64,000 bases of DNA from Azolla caroliniana (Eukaryota > Plantae > Polypodiophyta): assembly GCA_043228905.1 (NCBI GenBank), contig JBHGNT010000012.1, positions 1,984,001 through 2,048,000 on the forward strand. The letters run 5' to 3'. Below, one piece after another: positions 37,680 through 49,965 of the stretch. The notes beneath the pieces were generated by a model, which was not told where the DNA came from, searched no databases, and was given only the letters and a program-made list of their open reading frames with translations. The stretch's first letter is position 1; each line of letters begins with the position of its first letter. Both the position numbers and the translations under genes were made by a program.

Positions 37680-40600
37680 TCAGTGACTTTCTGGGAGTCT
37701 GCAAATGGCACAACATTTCAAACATTTTGGAAGTTTCAGCATTATACCAGTGTATAATATATGCGTAAATATTTTACAAAAATTGAAAAGAGAAGCAAGT
37801 TAACCTCCAAGGGAACTCGCTTGTATCTATTCCTGCAGCATGAAGAGCATCTACATGCTGAAGGGCTTCCCGACATTCTTCTCGGTCATCCAGATACTCT
37901 TTCTTATCACCTATTATCTGGTATGTCTCATGGCCCTTTCCAGCAATAATCTGCAGTTCATTTATTAATCCTAAGTGATAAAAAACTGAAATGGGGCAAA
38001 CTATGCTGGGCAGTAAGAGTAAGCAATTACCAAAGCCAAGTGGCCAATGTGCCAATAATAATGGATATGGAGCCACTGCTCCACAAATATGCAATGACAC
38101 TACCAGTTCTTTCATATTCCTAAGTAGGCAGATGAATTGTAAAAGATGTGCATGTATCAACATTCACCGAAGGCTCAGAAAAACAAGGAAGAAAGTGAGT
38201 GATTTTGAAATCCTGACATTTGCCTCCGTACCAAGTGTGTATAAGCGGGGCCAGATTGCAAATTATGATTGTTATCTTCAAAGTTTGACCAAACAACAGT
38301 AAGATCATTGCTGCAGCAGGAGCCCAAATTTTGGACTTCTAATCTTGTTTGATTAGAATAAAAATTCTATCTAGGAGACTAAATCTTGGGGTCAGAGTGG
38401 AATAAAAACTTCTATTAGGAAGAAATTAACTTTAGGTCAAATCTGGAGAGAATAGCACACCACTATTATCTGCAGTAATTTACGTCTCTTTAAAATTTAG
38501 GTGTTAAGATTCTGTAATAATTCTAAAGCCTAAGCTTGAGATTATCTGTTTTCAATAATCTAGCAAAGAAAGTTAGGCTACATATCTTCCAAAATATGTT
38601 TTTCCTTACTGCAAAATCAGACGATTCACTCCTTAAACAAGAATTCTAATTCTTGTTTTCTATCTACCATGACTCAAATAACGAAAACATTATAAAGAGT
38701 GATCTGATACCATTAATGATTAAACATAAACTTTCAAGTGATGAAACAGAACTTACAACGGCATCTCCTTCCTCTCCCATTGCCACTGCAGCTCTAACTG
38801 CAATACCTCGAGCATCATATACAAAGACCCTATGACCATTCCGCAAAGGTGGGTAGTAATCTCTATCACCATGTTCCAAATACTCTTTCATCGACCAGCC
38901 CACACCAGCTAACATGTCATCCAATATGTATACTACACAAAAATGTCATTGCTTTACCACCCATGGGAAACTCTTATATTTAGAAGTTTGTGAATTGCAC
39001 TTTGGATGGCAAAAATGTTTTTTAGAATTGAGATGATTGACGGCACTTACATGGATCTTCTTTCCGTGGATTATCAGATGTCAAAAGGGTGATTTCACTT
39101 TTATCTGTAGCAATCTTGGCCATGAGTGGTCGCTTCCCTCTCTCACAATCCCCTTCACATCCAACAACTGGAAAAAGGAAAAAAAAAAACTTTAACTCTC
39201 CCAGGTCAAAACCAAACTATATGGAACTAGAAATACACATTACCTGTAATTAGTCGCCTTGCACCACATTCTCTGACTGTATCAAGCAACCTTGAGAGAC
39301 CATCAGGAGACCGAGCATGATCAACTATAACTGCAAAATCTTGTTCTTCATCGATAAGTTCACATCTTCCAGGAACTGCATCGACCTCTTCGATCCCTTC
39401 TACAATGGCCTCCAAAGGTGCATTTATAGCAATTCCAACTGCAACTGCTGCAAGGATGCTGTATACATTGTTCCTTCCCAACAGTCCAGATGAAATCTCT
39501 ACATTACCTCTAGGAGTGTGGATTAACATATCCGTCTCAAACAAACTGAGTTGAAGTTCTAGAGTAAATACATCGGCCTCTCTGTTTTCCATGCTATATG
39601 TAATTATTGGAACATCAGGATTACCTTGTGCAATGAAAAAATCTGCATGTTTGTCATCTATATTCACAACTTTTGCATGGGCTTCAGGATCAGTCATTTT
39701 TGCAAATAGTTGCGATACAGAGTTTTTGCCTATTTCATGTAAATTGCCAGAATCACTATCATTTATGGTCAAGTTTGTAAACACGGCAATGTCAAAATCC
39801 AATTCCTTGTAGCTATTATCAGCAGAAACCTCCATTACACACACATCAGTACCATTATGTACCATGGTGGCCATTAACTTCTGCAAAGACACTGAATCTA
39901 GACTTATATCCAAAGCCTCCAACTTCTTTTTTCCATGTATATAGTTGGAAATAGAACCCAATAAACCAGTCTTCCTTTCTATTGCCTCATACATACTCTT
40001 TAGAAGGAAAGATGTCGTTGTTTTTCCATCAGAGCCACCAATGCCGACCACTGACATTTTCTTAGAAGGATTTCCGTAAAAAGATGCTGAAAGGGATGAA
40101 AGTATTGAAAGTGTGTCATCGACAACCACCACTGCTTTCACACTCTCTTGTACGGATACTTCTATGTTAGCAACAATTACAACAGCACCTTTCTCAGAAG
40201 CTTCTGCAAGGGTAAATTGGACATCGCGAGATAAACCAGGGCAGAAAACAAACATATTACCAGGTGTAACTTGTCTTGAATCATATTGAATACCAGTGAT
40301 TTCTACATCTTGATCTCCATTCACAAGAATAGGCAAAACTCTCGCTTCATCAAGAAGTTCACTCAGACTCATACAAAATGTGGGTTCTGTAATCTGCTCT
40401 ATGTCCTCATCGAGGGTGAAATCAAGATCGAATGATGGATCAGCCAAGATGTCATCATCGTCTTCTTCTTCTTCTTCGCCTTCTATTTCTTCTTCCTCTT
40501 CCTCTTCCTCTTCCTCTTCGACAACATCTTCAACCCCTTCTATTTCTTCTACATCTTCTTCTTCTTCTCCATCTTCCTCATCGATTTTCTTAGTTCCTAT

Positions 40601-41305
40601 ACCAATAGCTTCTCCTTCTATTCTTTGTTTGTTAACGTTTTTACCTTGCTTTGAAGCTTTTTCTCTAAGTTTCAAACTAGCCACAGCTGCATCTACTTCG
40701 GTGAAGAAATCTCCACCATCATCATCATCTACGATCTCTTTTCTAATCTCCCTATCAGCTAAACGAATGATTTCTGGACCTTCTTTTCTTCTTTCTTCGC
40801 CTTCTTCCTCCTCTTCCTCTTCCTCACCTTCAGGATCAAGACCTATAGCTTCGCGGAAAACAGCTTTATTCTGCTGATAGTAAGCTTCTTCACGTTTCCG
40901 AGCTTTCTGAGAAGCTCGATATATTTTATCGAACTTAGTGATGGTCTCGTCGTCGTCGTCGTTGTCGTCTTCCTCATCTTCAACTTCTAAAGGATCAATC
41001 TCTGCAGGGCTAGGAACATCTCGAGGGGGCATAGCGAAGCAAGGCTCGAACGAGGAAGAAGCATGGCGCCGACTTAAAAAGAGGGAAGAAGAAGAGGGAA
41101 GGAGGGGAAGAAAGCATGTTACCTGGAGATGGGAAGTTGAGCTGAATTCTCTGATTAAGCTGTGTGTGTGGATTCCACTGCTTCTTCTTCTTCTCCTCCT
41201 TGTTGTTGTTGTTGATGTTGTTGTGAGGAGGAGAGATGGGTGCAGGAGAGACCATGAAGAAGAAGAAGAAGAAGAAGAAGGGGAAGGAAGAAGAAGAGGC
41301 AACAT
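37680..41305 (-). CDS. MurE: Plastid MurE-like protein (long, PAP11/AtMurE type), 5 exons
   Basis: Exons 41305-39244, 39167-39051, 38932-38757, 37950-37805 and 37698-37680, all GT-AG and in phase. Ser/Thr/Arg-rich transit peptide, long acidic extension, YDSRQV, GSDGKTTT, VPGRCE, TSDNPR, AGKGHETYQ, C-terminus DDREECREAL...FPWRLPESH*. Confidence 0.93.
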
Positions 41306-41343
41306 TTCATTCCATTTGCCAGTACCCACCACAGGCAGGCAGG

Positions 41344-41365
41344 GAAGGGGTTCAGGGCTTTAAAC

Positions 41366-41416
<51 letters not shown>

Positions 41417-42182
41417 CCCTTTCTCCTTCCCCTGTCTCTCTCTGTGTGTTTTTTTGCTTTTGTTTTCAAAAGCAGACAGTTAGTTATATATCAATTGTAT
41501 GTAAAAGAACCCAATTACCAAAAGCAGAGATTTATATCAAATTTCAATTGTATGTAGAAAAAACCCAATTACAAAACCTGAATATTATGTATGTATGTAT
41601 CTGTATGTATCTGTATGTATCTATATGTATGTATGTATCTGTATGTATCTGTATGTATGTATCTGTATGTATGCATTTCATGAGGAAATGATATTGCACA
41701 TGCAGCTCCACCATCCAAACATTTTCACATGAGAAATGACTCTCCCTTTCAGCTTCACCTGAATAAATCCATGATTTGGGTGAAAAACGTAACCATTATT
41801 ATTAGGGAAAAGTACCAGGATACCCTTGGAAGTTCGTCTATTTACCAAAATGCCCCGGGAAGTTCCAAATTTACCAAACTACCCCTATGTCCAAAAAATT
41901 ACACTTTATAAAGTAATTATAAACTCAAATCTACAAGCCCTATTTACCAAAATACCCTTCAAACACAAATTTCTTTACTTAAAGAGATTTTTTGGGTCCT
42001 TTGTACTTACTTTGTAAAGTGTAATTTTTTGGACATAGGGGTAGTTTGGTAAATAAACGAACTTCCAAGGGTATCCTGGTACTTTTCCCTTATTATTATT
42101 ATGCATCTTCAAATTCCAACGGCCTTTGAGATTTAGTAATCCAACCACATTCCACACTTTGAAGGGGTTCAGGGCTTTAAAC

Positions 42183-42218
<36 letters not shown>

Positions 42219-42612
42219 GCTTTTGTTTTCAAAAGCAGACAGTTAGTTATATATCAATTGTATGTAAAAGAACCCAATTACCAAAAGCAGATATTTATAT
42301 AAATTGTAGGTAGAGAAAACCCAATTACAAAACCTGAATATTATGTATGTATGTATGTATGTATGTATGTATGTATTTGTATGTATGTATGTATATATGT
42401 ATGTATGTATGTATGTATCAGTATGTATGCATTTCATGAGGAAATGATCTACAAATGTAGCTCCAACATTTTCACATGAGAAATGACTCTCCCTTTCACC
42501 TTCTCCTGAATAAATCCATGATTTGGGTGAAAAACGTAACCATTATTATTATTATGGATCTTCGAATTTGAACAACCTTTGAGATTTAGTAATCCAACCA
42601 CATTCCACACTT
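41344..42612. repeat. Tandem duplication of the MurE upstream region (copy 1 41344-42159 including a MITE; copy 2 42161-42612)
   Basis: Both copies run GAAGGGGTTCAGGGCTTTAAACCC(TC)n...(TATG)n...CCAACCACATTCCACACTT. Confidence 0.9.
41805..42089. mobile_element. Mutator-type MITE, 9-bp TSD TTATTATTA
   Basis: Long TIRs beginning GGGAAAAGTACCAGGATACCCTTGGAAGTTCGT. Comparison with the empty site in copy 2 (~42541-42554) shows 9 extra bp. Confidence 0.88.
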
Positions 42613-42837
42613 CTATAGCCTCCGATTAGAACTAACGATTAAACTGAGGAGTCGACTTCTCTTTTCCATGCCAATGCAACGATTGGGAAGAAAATGATCA
42701 ATGAATTGCAAAGCTCTCGATTAGTTGATGATGCCCACCCAAAAAAAACAGATAAGGCATATTGTCAATACCTAACCAATTGTTGAGCACATATAGATGT
42801 TGAATCTTCAAACGAATGCATCCATTGCGCAATGGTT

Positions 42838-42989
42838 ACCTTATTGTAGTGGTAAGTTGTTACACTACAACCACTATGTTTTATGTTTGAAACCCAATTT
42901 GGCTTTCAGTTTTAACCCCCACATTCCACAGTGGAATCTAGTGAGATTTGGCCTTAGAAGACGTTAATATATCTTTCTTTCTTCTTTCT

Positions 42990-43047
<58 letters not shown>

Positions 43048-43130
43048 TTTAATTAGCTTACCCTAGTTGTAAGTTGCAAGACTACTTGTACTACATCTTG
43101 GGGTCGAAACCCAATTTTCTCACCTCTTTA
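42838..43130 (+). mobile_element. Two degenerate tRNA-like (SINE-head-like) units flanking a (CT)n tract
   Basis: TAGTGGTAAGTTG...GAAACCCAATTT at ~42847-42900 and 43049-43125. A related copy lies on the minus strand at ~60680-60760. Confidence 0.45.
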
Positions 43131-43140
43131 TTACTCCATA

Positions 43141-43212
<72 letters not shown>

Positions 43213-46113
43213 CGTGATTATCTTACCTTAGTGGTTGAACCCATATATATCCTCTTAAATTTCTAGATGTCATTGCGAAATGTAGGGGTTGAACCCATGG
43301 GCCATGACCTCTTCGCTTCAATTATTATTATTTGGTCAATCCTAGCCCTACCTCCCTTGTCCCTTTCTTTGTCAACCTTAGCTCAATCGTACTTGTCCTT
43401 TTCTTTATCAATCTTTGGTTTGCCTCACTTTTCCTTTCTCATTAATCTTGGTTTGACTTCACTTTTCCCTTTCTATGGTGATCTTAAATCAAATTCACAT
43501 GTCATTTCTCTATTGATTTCAAATAGTTTTTCATGTTGCAAGTCATCTACCTTCTTCATTACTTTCTTCATTCTATCATATTGGGGGCATTACCTTCACT
43601 CTCCACTCGAGGCAAATTGAATAGTGTTGCTATTTTGTAGTTCTTAATGATTTCAATTGACTTTGCGTATTATTCTTTGTCAATTTGGAATGGGCTTCCT
43701 CATGTGTTCTTTACTATCGTGGAATCAACCACAACTATCCTTTGTTCTCTAATACAAAGATGATGGTAAAACATAACACTATTGGTGCAAGCTAGTGTTT
43801 GAGTATACATGCCAACATATGGTTCACGATCCTTACATGCATGTGGGGTGTCCCCATGTATAGGTGGCTATGCATTCATGTGACAAGTTATATACTAGAT
43901 GGATTGGTCATAAGTTATTGTCATGGTCACCTTTCATATATGTTATCATAGCCATGTATGTAGTCCATATGTAGCCTTTTAAGTAGGAATATGCTCAATC
44001 ATTCAATGGCGATATGAGACCAACTTCAACTATTCAATTTATCAATGAACAATAAAATGACTTTGAGCTTATGTCTATCGTATTTACTTTAGAGGCTTTT
44101 TTATTGTATCATAGTTTATCACAAAATGTATGATTGAGTAAATTATGTTTCTTTTGTTAGTATAGTTTGATTACAACAGACACCATCCAAATGTGGTGAT
44201 AGATGATGCATGCATTTCTATTGGAGTAACTTTACAAAGTAGTGTATTGATCACCATGTTTAACTGCCATTGCTTATACCCTCTTCTTTGATTGTACTGT
44301 TTGTTAGGGTTTGCGCAAAGCCAATCAATTCATGCAATAGTTTTTGTTGAACCTTTATATCTCAATAACGAGAAGGATAACACAAAGAATTTGTACACAC
44401 ATAATATAAATTTAATTATCACAATGATAAGAGGGTAGTAGTCGCGGTCTCATCGGTCCACTAGACTCACCCTCACCGGAAGCTCCAAGTCAACCCCATC
44501 GATCTCCCATTTCCTATTTTGTTTGTGTTAAGCCTTGTAAAAGCCACTACATTCATGGCATTATTGTGAAGTCAGCTCAACATTATGTAAAACAAAAACT
44601 CATTGTCTAATAGTGTGATTTGGGTGTTTGAACTTGGTGTTTGTTGTTAATCACGTTGTTGCGTAAGCACACATGCGTGTGGTACTCAAATAGGACCATG
44701 GGGGTCTCAAACTAGGGAGGATGCAAGGACTAGGAGGGCACAAACGTTAGGGAACTCGAAAGCTCAGAAGAGTTGAAAGCTCCGACAAGTTGAAAGCTCG
44801 AGGTGTTGAAAGGAAGTGAGCCGAAAGCTTGTTACAAACTCCTCTCGTTTCTCCTCTCACTCTTACGTAGAGGACAATGATTATCACGCGCTTGAGGTAA
44901 TGTTCAGGACAAATGACAAAAGCATTGAACTCGAGATTATGATTTAAGAATTAAACAACGCATGAGACCAAAAGAAAGCCTCTTATTAGGCAAAAAGTTA
45001 GATTAATAAAGAACCCTTTATAAAAATAGGGTGTACAAACGTTTGAGCGGAAGCTTACAACGGTGGTAACTAAGAGTTAACCACTCATACAAAACAGGAA
45101 AAGCGAAGGTAGGGTAGGGTTGGCGCTTTCAATGACGATGAGTCGAGTAGCCCGTTGTTCATGACTACTCATGTCGGCTATGATGTTTCAATTCAGAGTA
45201 GTGTTATCAGTCACTCCGTCCTCCCTTGGAAAACCCTCCTTTGATGTCACCATGTAACGAGCTTGGTGATGTCAGAGACCACGACGATCACCTAAGAAGA
45301 AGAAGAAGAGATTGAGAAGGAGAAGTGAAGGAACGATGTACCTTCATGCCAAGGTGTCCCAAACGTCGGAAATGGAGGGGCCTCCTTCTCGTCTAAGTTG
45401 TTGAAAACCCTAGACAAAGAAGAGACGAAAAAGAAAAGAAAACTTAGAAGCCAAAGTCACTAAAGAGAACCTCCAAACGACAAAACTCAAAGAAGACCCA
45501 AAATGTGCCATCTCCCCTATTCACATTTAATGTAATTATTCCTCTTTATGTTCGAAAAGAAAAAGGAGAATACTCCTTAAATCGTGTCGCATTGATAGAG
45601 AATCGAACTCTTCACCCTTGAACCAAGTGAATAGCTCTTTTTTAATTATTACTCGTAAATTTCATAAATACATATTTACACTGTGCGCCCCTTTTCTAAA
45701 ATTCCCCTTCTTCCCACATTTCCCACCTTTTTCTTTTCTCCTTTTTTCTCCACATTCCCACCTTTGGTCACGACAAGACGCTAATCTTGTGCGTTATCTG
45801 TTAATTGTGGGATCATCATTGTCCATGTTTGCGTCGTACTCTACACTCGTCTCGTCTATGCTCAGAGTCCCTAGCAACGTTCGCCTCCTTCTCTGTGTTC
45901 AAGTTCTCGGAGCCATCGATTCCTTCTCTGTGTTTCGAGTCCCCCGAGCCTTCAACTCCTTCTTTGTGTTCGAGACCCTTGAGCCTTCGACTCTTTCTGA
46001 GTGCTTCGAAGAGGAAGAAAATAGAAGGATCATTCATGAATCATGAGAACCGAAGGGTAGAGGGCTACATTTGTAATTTCCAGAAAGTAGACGACCAATA
46101 TCAATAAATATAA

Positions 46114-46168
<55 letters not shown>

Positions 46169-46387
46169 TCTTTGCGTCTCTTCTGAAGCAGAGAGCCAGC
46201 GATGGCGAGCTAGAGAAAACAGAGACACAGACAGATCGTGGGAGAACAGAGGGAAGCAGAAATGCAGAAATGCAGAAAGGCAGGGACACAGAATTCACAT
46301 GAAGAAAAAAAACTGAGCGAGAGGAACAGAGACAATGTGATAGATAGATAGATAGACAGATAGATAGATAGAGAGGATGGGAGAGAG

Positions 46388-49129
46388 ATGCTTAGATCGA
46401 TCTCTGCCTCAATCCGAAGCTTCAGCGATGGAAACGACTTGCACTCAGCTTGGAAATGCAGAAAATATTGCTATGTTCCTTCAGCTTCTTCATCCATTGC
46501 AGACCTCTGCCATCATGGATACCTTCAGCAGGCCCTCACTGCTATTTCCCTACATTCGCAGAAACAATTCATCTCTTCAGGAGACGTTTTCTTCCGTCTA
46601 CTCCAGTTATGTCATCAGAAAGGCTCACCCTGTTCTATTCGAAGATGTGAGATACTCATGGCCTTCCATGGTTTGGAAAAATCAAGTTTTCTTGGGGATT
46701 ACTTGGTTAGCACAATGGCTTCATGTGGAGGAATCGAGGAAGCTTCCAGATCTTTTCAGAGATTGAGATATGGATCCATTTATTCATGGTCTTCTCTGAT
46801 TTCTGCTCATGTAGATCAAAATAACTTCAGTGAAGCTCTCCATATCTATGATAGAATGGTTGAAGCCGAGGTCGAACCAAACGCATATACATTTGTTAGC
46901 TTATTCAGAGCTTGTAGTGGTTCGCTTGACTTACAGGAAGGAATGAAGCTTCATGATGAGGCTCTAAGAAGGGGTTTAACTTCAGATGCTTTTATTGTGA
47001 GTGCCATTATTACAATGTATGGAAAATGCAGGCAAATTATTGAAGCGGAGAATATGTTCAGAAGCTTCTCAGAGCACGATTCAGTGGTCTGCAATGCTCT
47101 TCTCTCAGCATATATTGAGCAGTCTGATACTGAAAAGGTGCTAGAAATGTATACACATATGCAAGAGATAGCCGCTATTAATATGAGCACGCAAACATAC
47201 CTTATAATGCTTCGGGCATGTTGTGCTGCAGCGGAGAAAGAAGAAGGTATGGCGTGTGATGGATACCTCATCAAATTAGTTTCCATGAGAATTGGGAGGA
47301 CACTACATATTGAAGCGGAGAAGAAGGGCTTAACTTCAGACTTGTTTGTTCATAGCGCCCTTATAAGCATGTATGGGAAATGTGGGGGTACGAGGGAAGC
47401 CGAGAAAGTCTTCTCTATGGTAGCTTGTCATGATGTTGTATCAGAAAGTGCGATGCTTTCGGCGTATTTGGAACAAGGTCAAGCAGACAATGTGTTGCAG
47501 CTTTACACAGCAATGCAAAACGTTGATGAACAAATGCTTGTTGTTAGCTTACAAGCATTGTGCATTCTTGCTGAGAAGAATAAACCTGATGGAAGACCAT
47601 GGAGACTAGAGTGTCTTGAGATTGGTCGTGGTCTAGATGCAGATGGAAGAAAGAAGGGGTTTTCTTCAGACATCTTTCTAGGAACTGCACTTGTCAATAT
47701 GTACGGCAAGTGTGGGCGCATTGGTGAGGCCGAACATGTCTTCATTAAGTTTAATAGAAAAGATGTGGTGCTTTTTAATGCTATGCTTGCAGCATATGTA
47801 GAGCAAGGGCAAGGAGTTAGAGCCTTACAGTTGTACAGACAAATGCAAGAAGAGGGCGTGTCTCCACATCAGCGGACATTTGTAACAGCTTTGCAAGCAT
47901 GCTCTTTGCTTGCTGAGATAGAAATGGAGGTTTTAATGGAAGGATCTATGAAGAAAGAGGTAGCTTTAGGTATTGTTCAGGCCTTACATAACGACGTTCG
48001 AACTAAAACCTTTGACTCTGACATCTATATATGTAATACATTTATTAATACATATGGCAAATGCTGGAGTACCACCGAAGCTGAGAACGTGTTTACTGGA
48101 ATGCGTAGGGTTGACAGTATTTCATGGAATGCAATGTTTTCAGCGTATATGGAGCAAGAACAAGGTGAACGGGCTCTACAATTATACAAACAGATGTGTG
48201 AAAAGGGGGCGAAACCGGATGACACTACTCTGTCCTACCTTTTGCATGCATGTTGTGTGACAGGAAGCATGAAACTTAGTAGGTGTATTCACCACACCAT
48301 CATTGTCTCTGCATATGATAAACTTCTCTCCTTGGCAAGCATGCTTATTCGCACATACACAAGTTGTGCAAACATGAGTGATGCTCAGGCAGTCTTTGAT
48401 GGCCTGGATGAGCCTGATGTTGTATCATGGACCTCACTAATTTCTGGTTATGCCAAGGTGGGTGACTTTACCAGTAGTCTTTTCAAGTTCAAGCAAATGC
48501 AAGGTAGTAGCACTGCACCAAATGGAGTGACTTATCTCTCTGTTCTTTGGGCATGCAGCCATGTCAACCTTGTTGAATTGGGCATCAACTACTTTGATTC
48601 AATGCGAGATTATGGCATATGTCCGGAAATTGAGCATTATAACTGCATGATAGACCTTCTTGGACGAGCTGGAGATTTTACTCGAATTAAGGACATGTTA
48701 TCCATGATGCTTGTGGAACCCGATCTCATCACATGGTTGTGTTTGCTGACGGCTTGTTTAAAACATGGGAAGGTAGAGCTTGGAAAGCATTGTTTTCATA
48801 ATGCCATACAGATTCAACCTAACCATGCTGCACCATATGTTTTGATGTCGAATATTTACACAAACGCAGGGCTACTAGATTGTGCAAAGGAGGTGGATGC
48901 CTTACGGCAGAAAGAGGCTGCTTGGAAGAAGCCTGGACAGTGCTGGATAGAGATAGAAAAAGAAGTACATTTGTTTGTTGTAGGAGATCAGTCCCATGAA
49001 TCGTATGACCATCTTGATCACTTGTTGCGACAGAAGAACTCAAGGCTCAGGAGAGAAGGACATGTTCCATGCACAGATTCTTATGCAGCTGAATGGTGTT
49101 GGAAAGATAAAATCTTGAGTTTTGTGTGA
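46388..49129 (+). CDS. Intronless PLS-class PPR protein with E/E+ domains, no DYW deaminase (putative organellar RNA-editing factor)
   Basis: 913-aa ORF with repeated MYGKCG/WNAM/PDxxT motifs, E domain (HYNCMIDLLGRAG, YVLMSNIY) and PG box (KKPGQCWIEIEKEVHLFVVGD). Ends soon after EGHVP, with no HSE/CxxCH/DYW. Confidence 0.95.
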   Translation: MLRSISASIRSFSDGNDLHSAWKCRKYCYVPSASSSIADLCHHGYLQQALTAISLHSQKQFISSGDVFFRLLQLCHQKGSPCSIRRCEILMAFHGLEKSSFLGDYLVSTMASCGGIEEASRSFQRLRYGSIYSWSSLISAHVDQNNFSEALHIYDRMVEAEVEPNAYTFVSLFRACSGSLDLQEGMKLHDEALRRGLTSDAFIVSAIITMYGKCRQIIEAENMFRSFSEHDSVVCNALLSAYIEQSDTEKVLEMYTHMQEIAAINMSTQTYLIMLRACCAAAEKEEGMACDGYLIKLVSMRIGRTLHIEAEKKGLTSDLFVHSALISMYGKCGGTREAEKVFSMVACHDVVSESAMLSAYLEQGQADNVLQLYTAMQNVDEQMLVVSLQALCILAEKNKPDGRPWRLECLEIGRGLDADGRKKGFSSDIFLGTALVNMYGKCGRIGEAEHVFIKFNRKDVVLFNAMLAAYVEQGQGVRALQLYRQMQEEGVSPHQRTFVTALQACSLLAEIEMEVLMEGSMKKEVALGIVQALHNDVRTKTFDSDIYICNTFINTYGKCWSTTEAENVFTGMRRVDSISWNAMFSAYMEQEQGERALQLYKQMCEKGAKPDDTTLSYLLHACCVTGSMKLSRCIHHTIIVSAYDKLLSLASMLIRTYTSCANMSDAQAVFDGLDEPDVVSWTSLISGYAKVGDFTSSLFKFKQMQGSSTAPNGVTYLSVLWACSHVNLVELGINYFDSMRDYGICPEIEHYNCMIDLLGRAGDFTRIKDMLSMMLVEPDLITWLCLLTACLKHGKVELGKHCFHNAIQIQPNHAAPYVLMSNIYTNAGLLDCAKEVDALRQKEAAWKKPGQCWIEIEKEVHLFVVGDQSHESYDHLDHLLRQKNSRLRREGHVPCTDSYAAEWCWKDKILSFV

Positions 49130-49290
49130 AGAGATGTGTTTGAGAAGAGTAAGCCAACAAATTAACGAAGGAATGAGAATTATCCTTTACAAAAGACTTG
49201 TTCTCATTATGGCCTTGATGAGTTTTGGAGGACAAACTTTTGGTTAAGAGGTTGTTTCTTGGAATAATTGAAGCTCAGGCTTTTTGTTTG

Positions 49291-49965
49291 TGGCAAAAGG
49301 AGGGTAGGGAAGGCCTGTTTATTTTCCAACTGACATTGTTTCTTGATTGTTGGGAAGAAACAACATTATCCTAAAACTTAAAACGGCAATGAACACTGTT
49401 AAAAGGCATAGAAGAAGAAGTGTTTAATGGAACCGATAGCACTGGTAGCTGTGGTTTCTGGCAAAAGGAGGGTAGGGAAGGCCTGTTTATTTTCCAACTG
49501 ACATTGTTTCTTGATTGTTGGGAAGAAACAACATTATCCTAAAACTTAAAACGGCAATGAACACTGTTAAAAGGCATAGAAGAAGAAGTGTTTAATGGAA
49601 CCGATAGCACTGGTAGCTGTGGTTTCTGGCAAAAGGAGGGTAGGGAAGGCCTGTTTATTTTCCAACTGACATTGTTTCTTGATTGTTGGGAAGAAACAAC
49701 ATTATCCTAAAACTTAAAACGGCAATGAACACTGTTAAAAGGCATAGAAGAAGAAGTGTTTAATGGAACCGATAGCACTGGTAGCTGTGGTTTCTGGCAA
49801 AAGGAGGGTAGGGAAGGCCTGTTTATTTTCCAACTGACATTGTTTCTTGATTGTTGGGAAGAAACAACATTATCCTAAAACTTAAAACGGCAATGAACAC
49901 TGTTAAAAGGCATAGAAGAAGAAGTGTTTAATGGAACCGATAGCACTGGTAGCTGTGGTTTCTGG
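49291..49965. repeat. Perfect 168-bp tandem repeat x4
   Basis: Unit TGGCAAAAGGAGGG...GTGGTTTC starts at 49291, 49459, 49627 and 49795. Confidence 0.97.

Noticed and set aside
40380-41691. Ser-, Glu- or Lys-rich ORFs opposite MurE (similarly 51688-52333 and 61947-62484)
   Set aside because: Antisense or alternative-frame readings of microsatellite-rich coding and UTR sequence.
44700-46110. Short GAAAGCTC/GAGCCTTC repeats and ORF 45618-46046 as a DNA-transposon relic
   Set aside because: No termini, TSD or protein motif could be defined.
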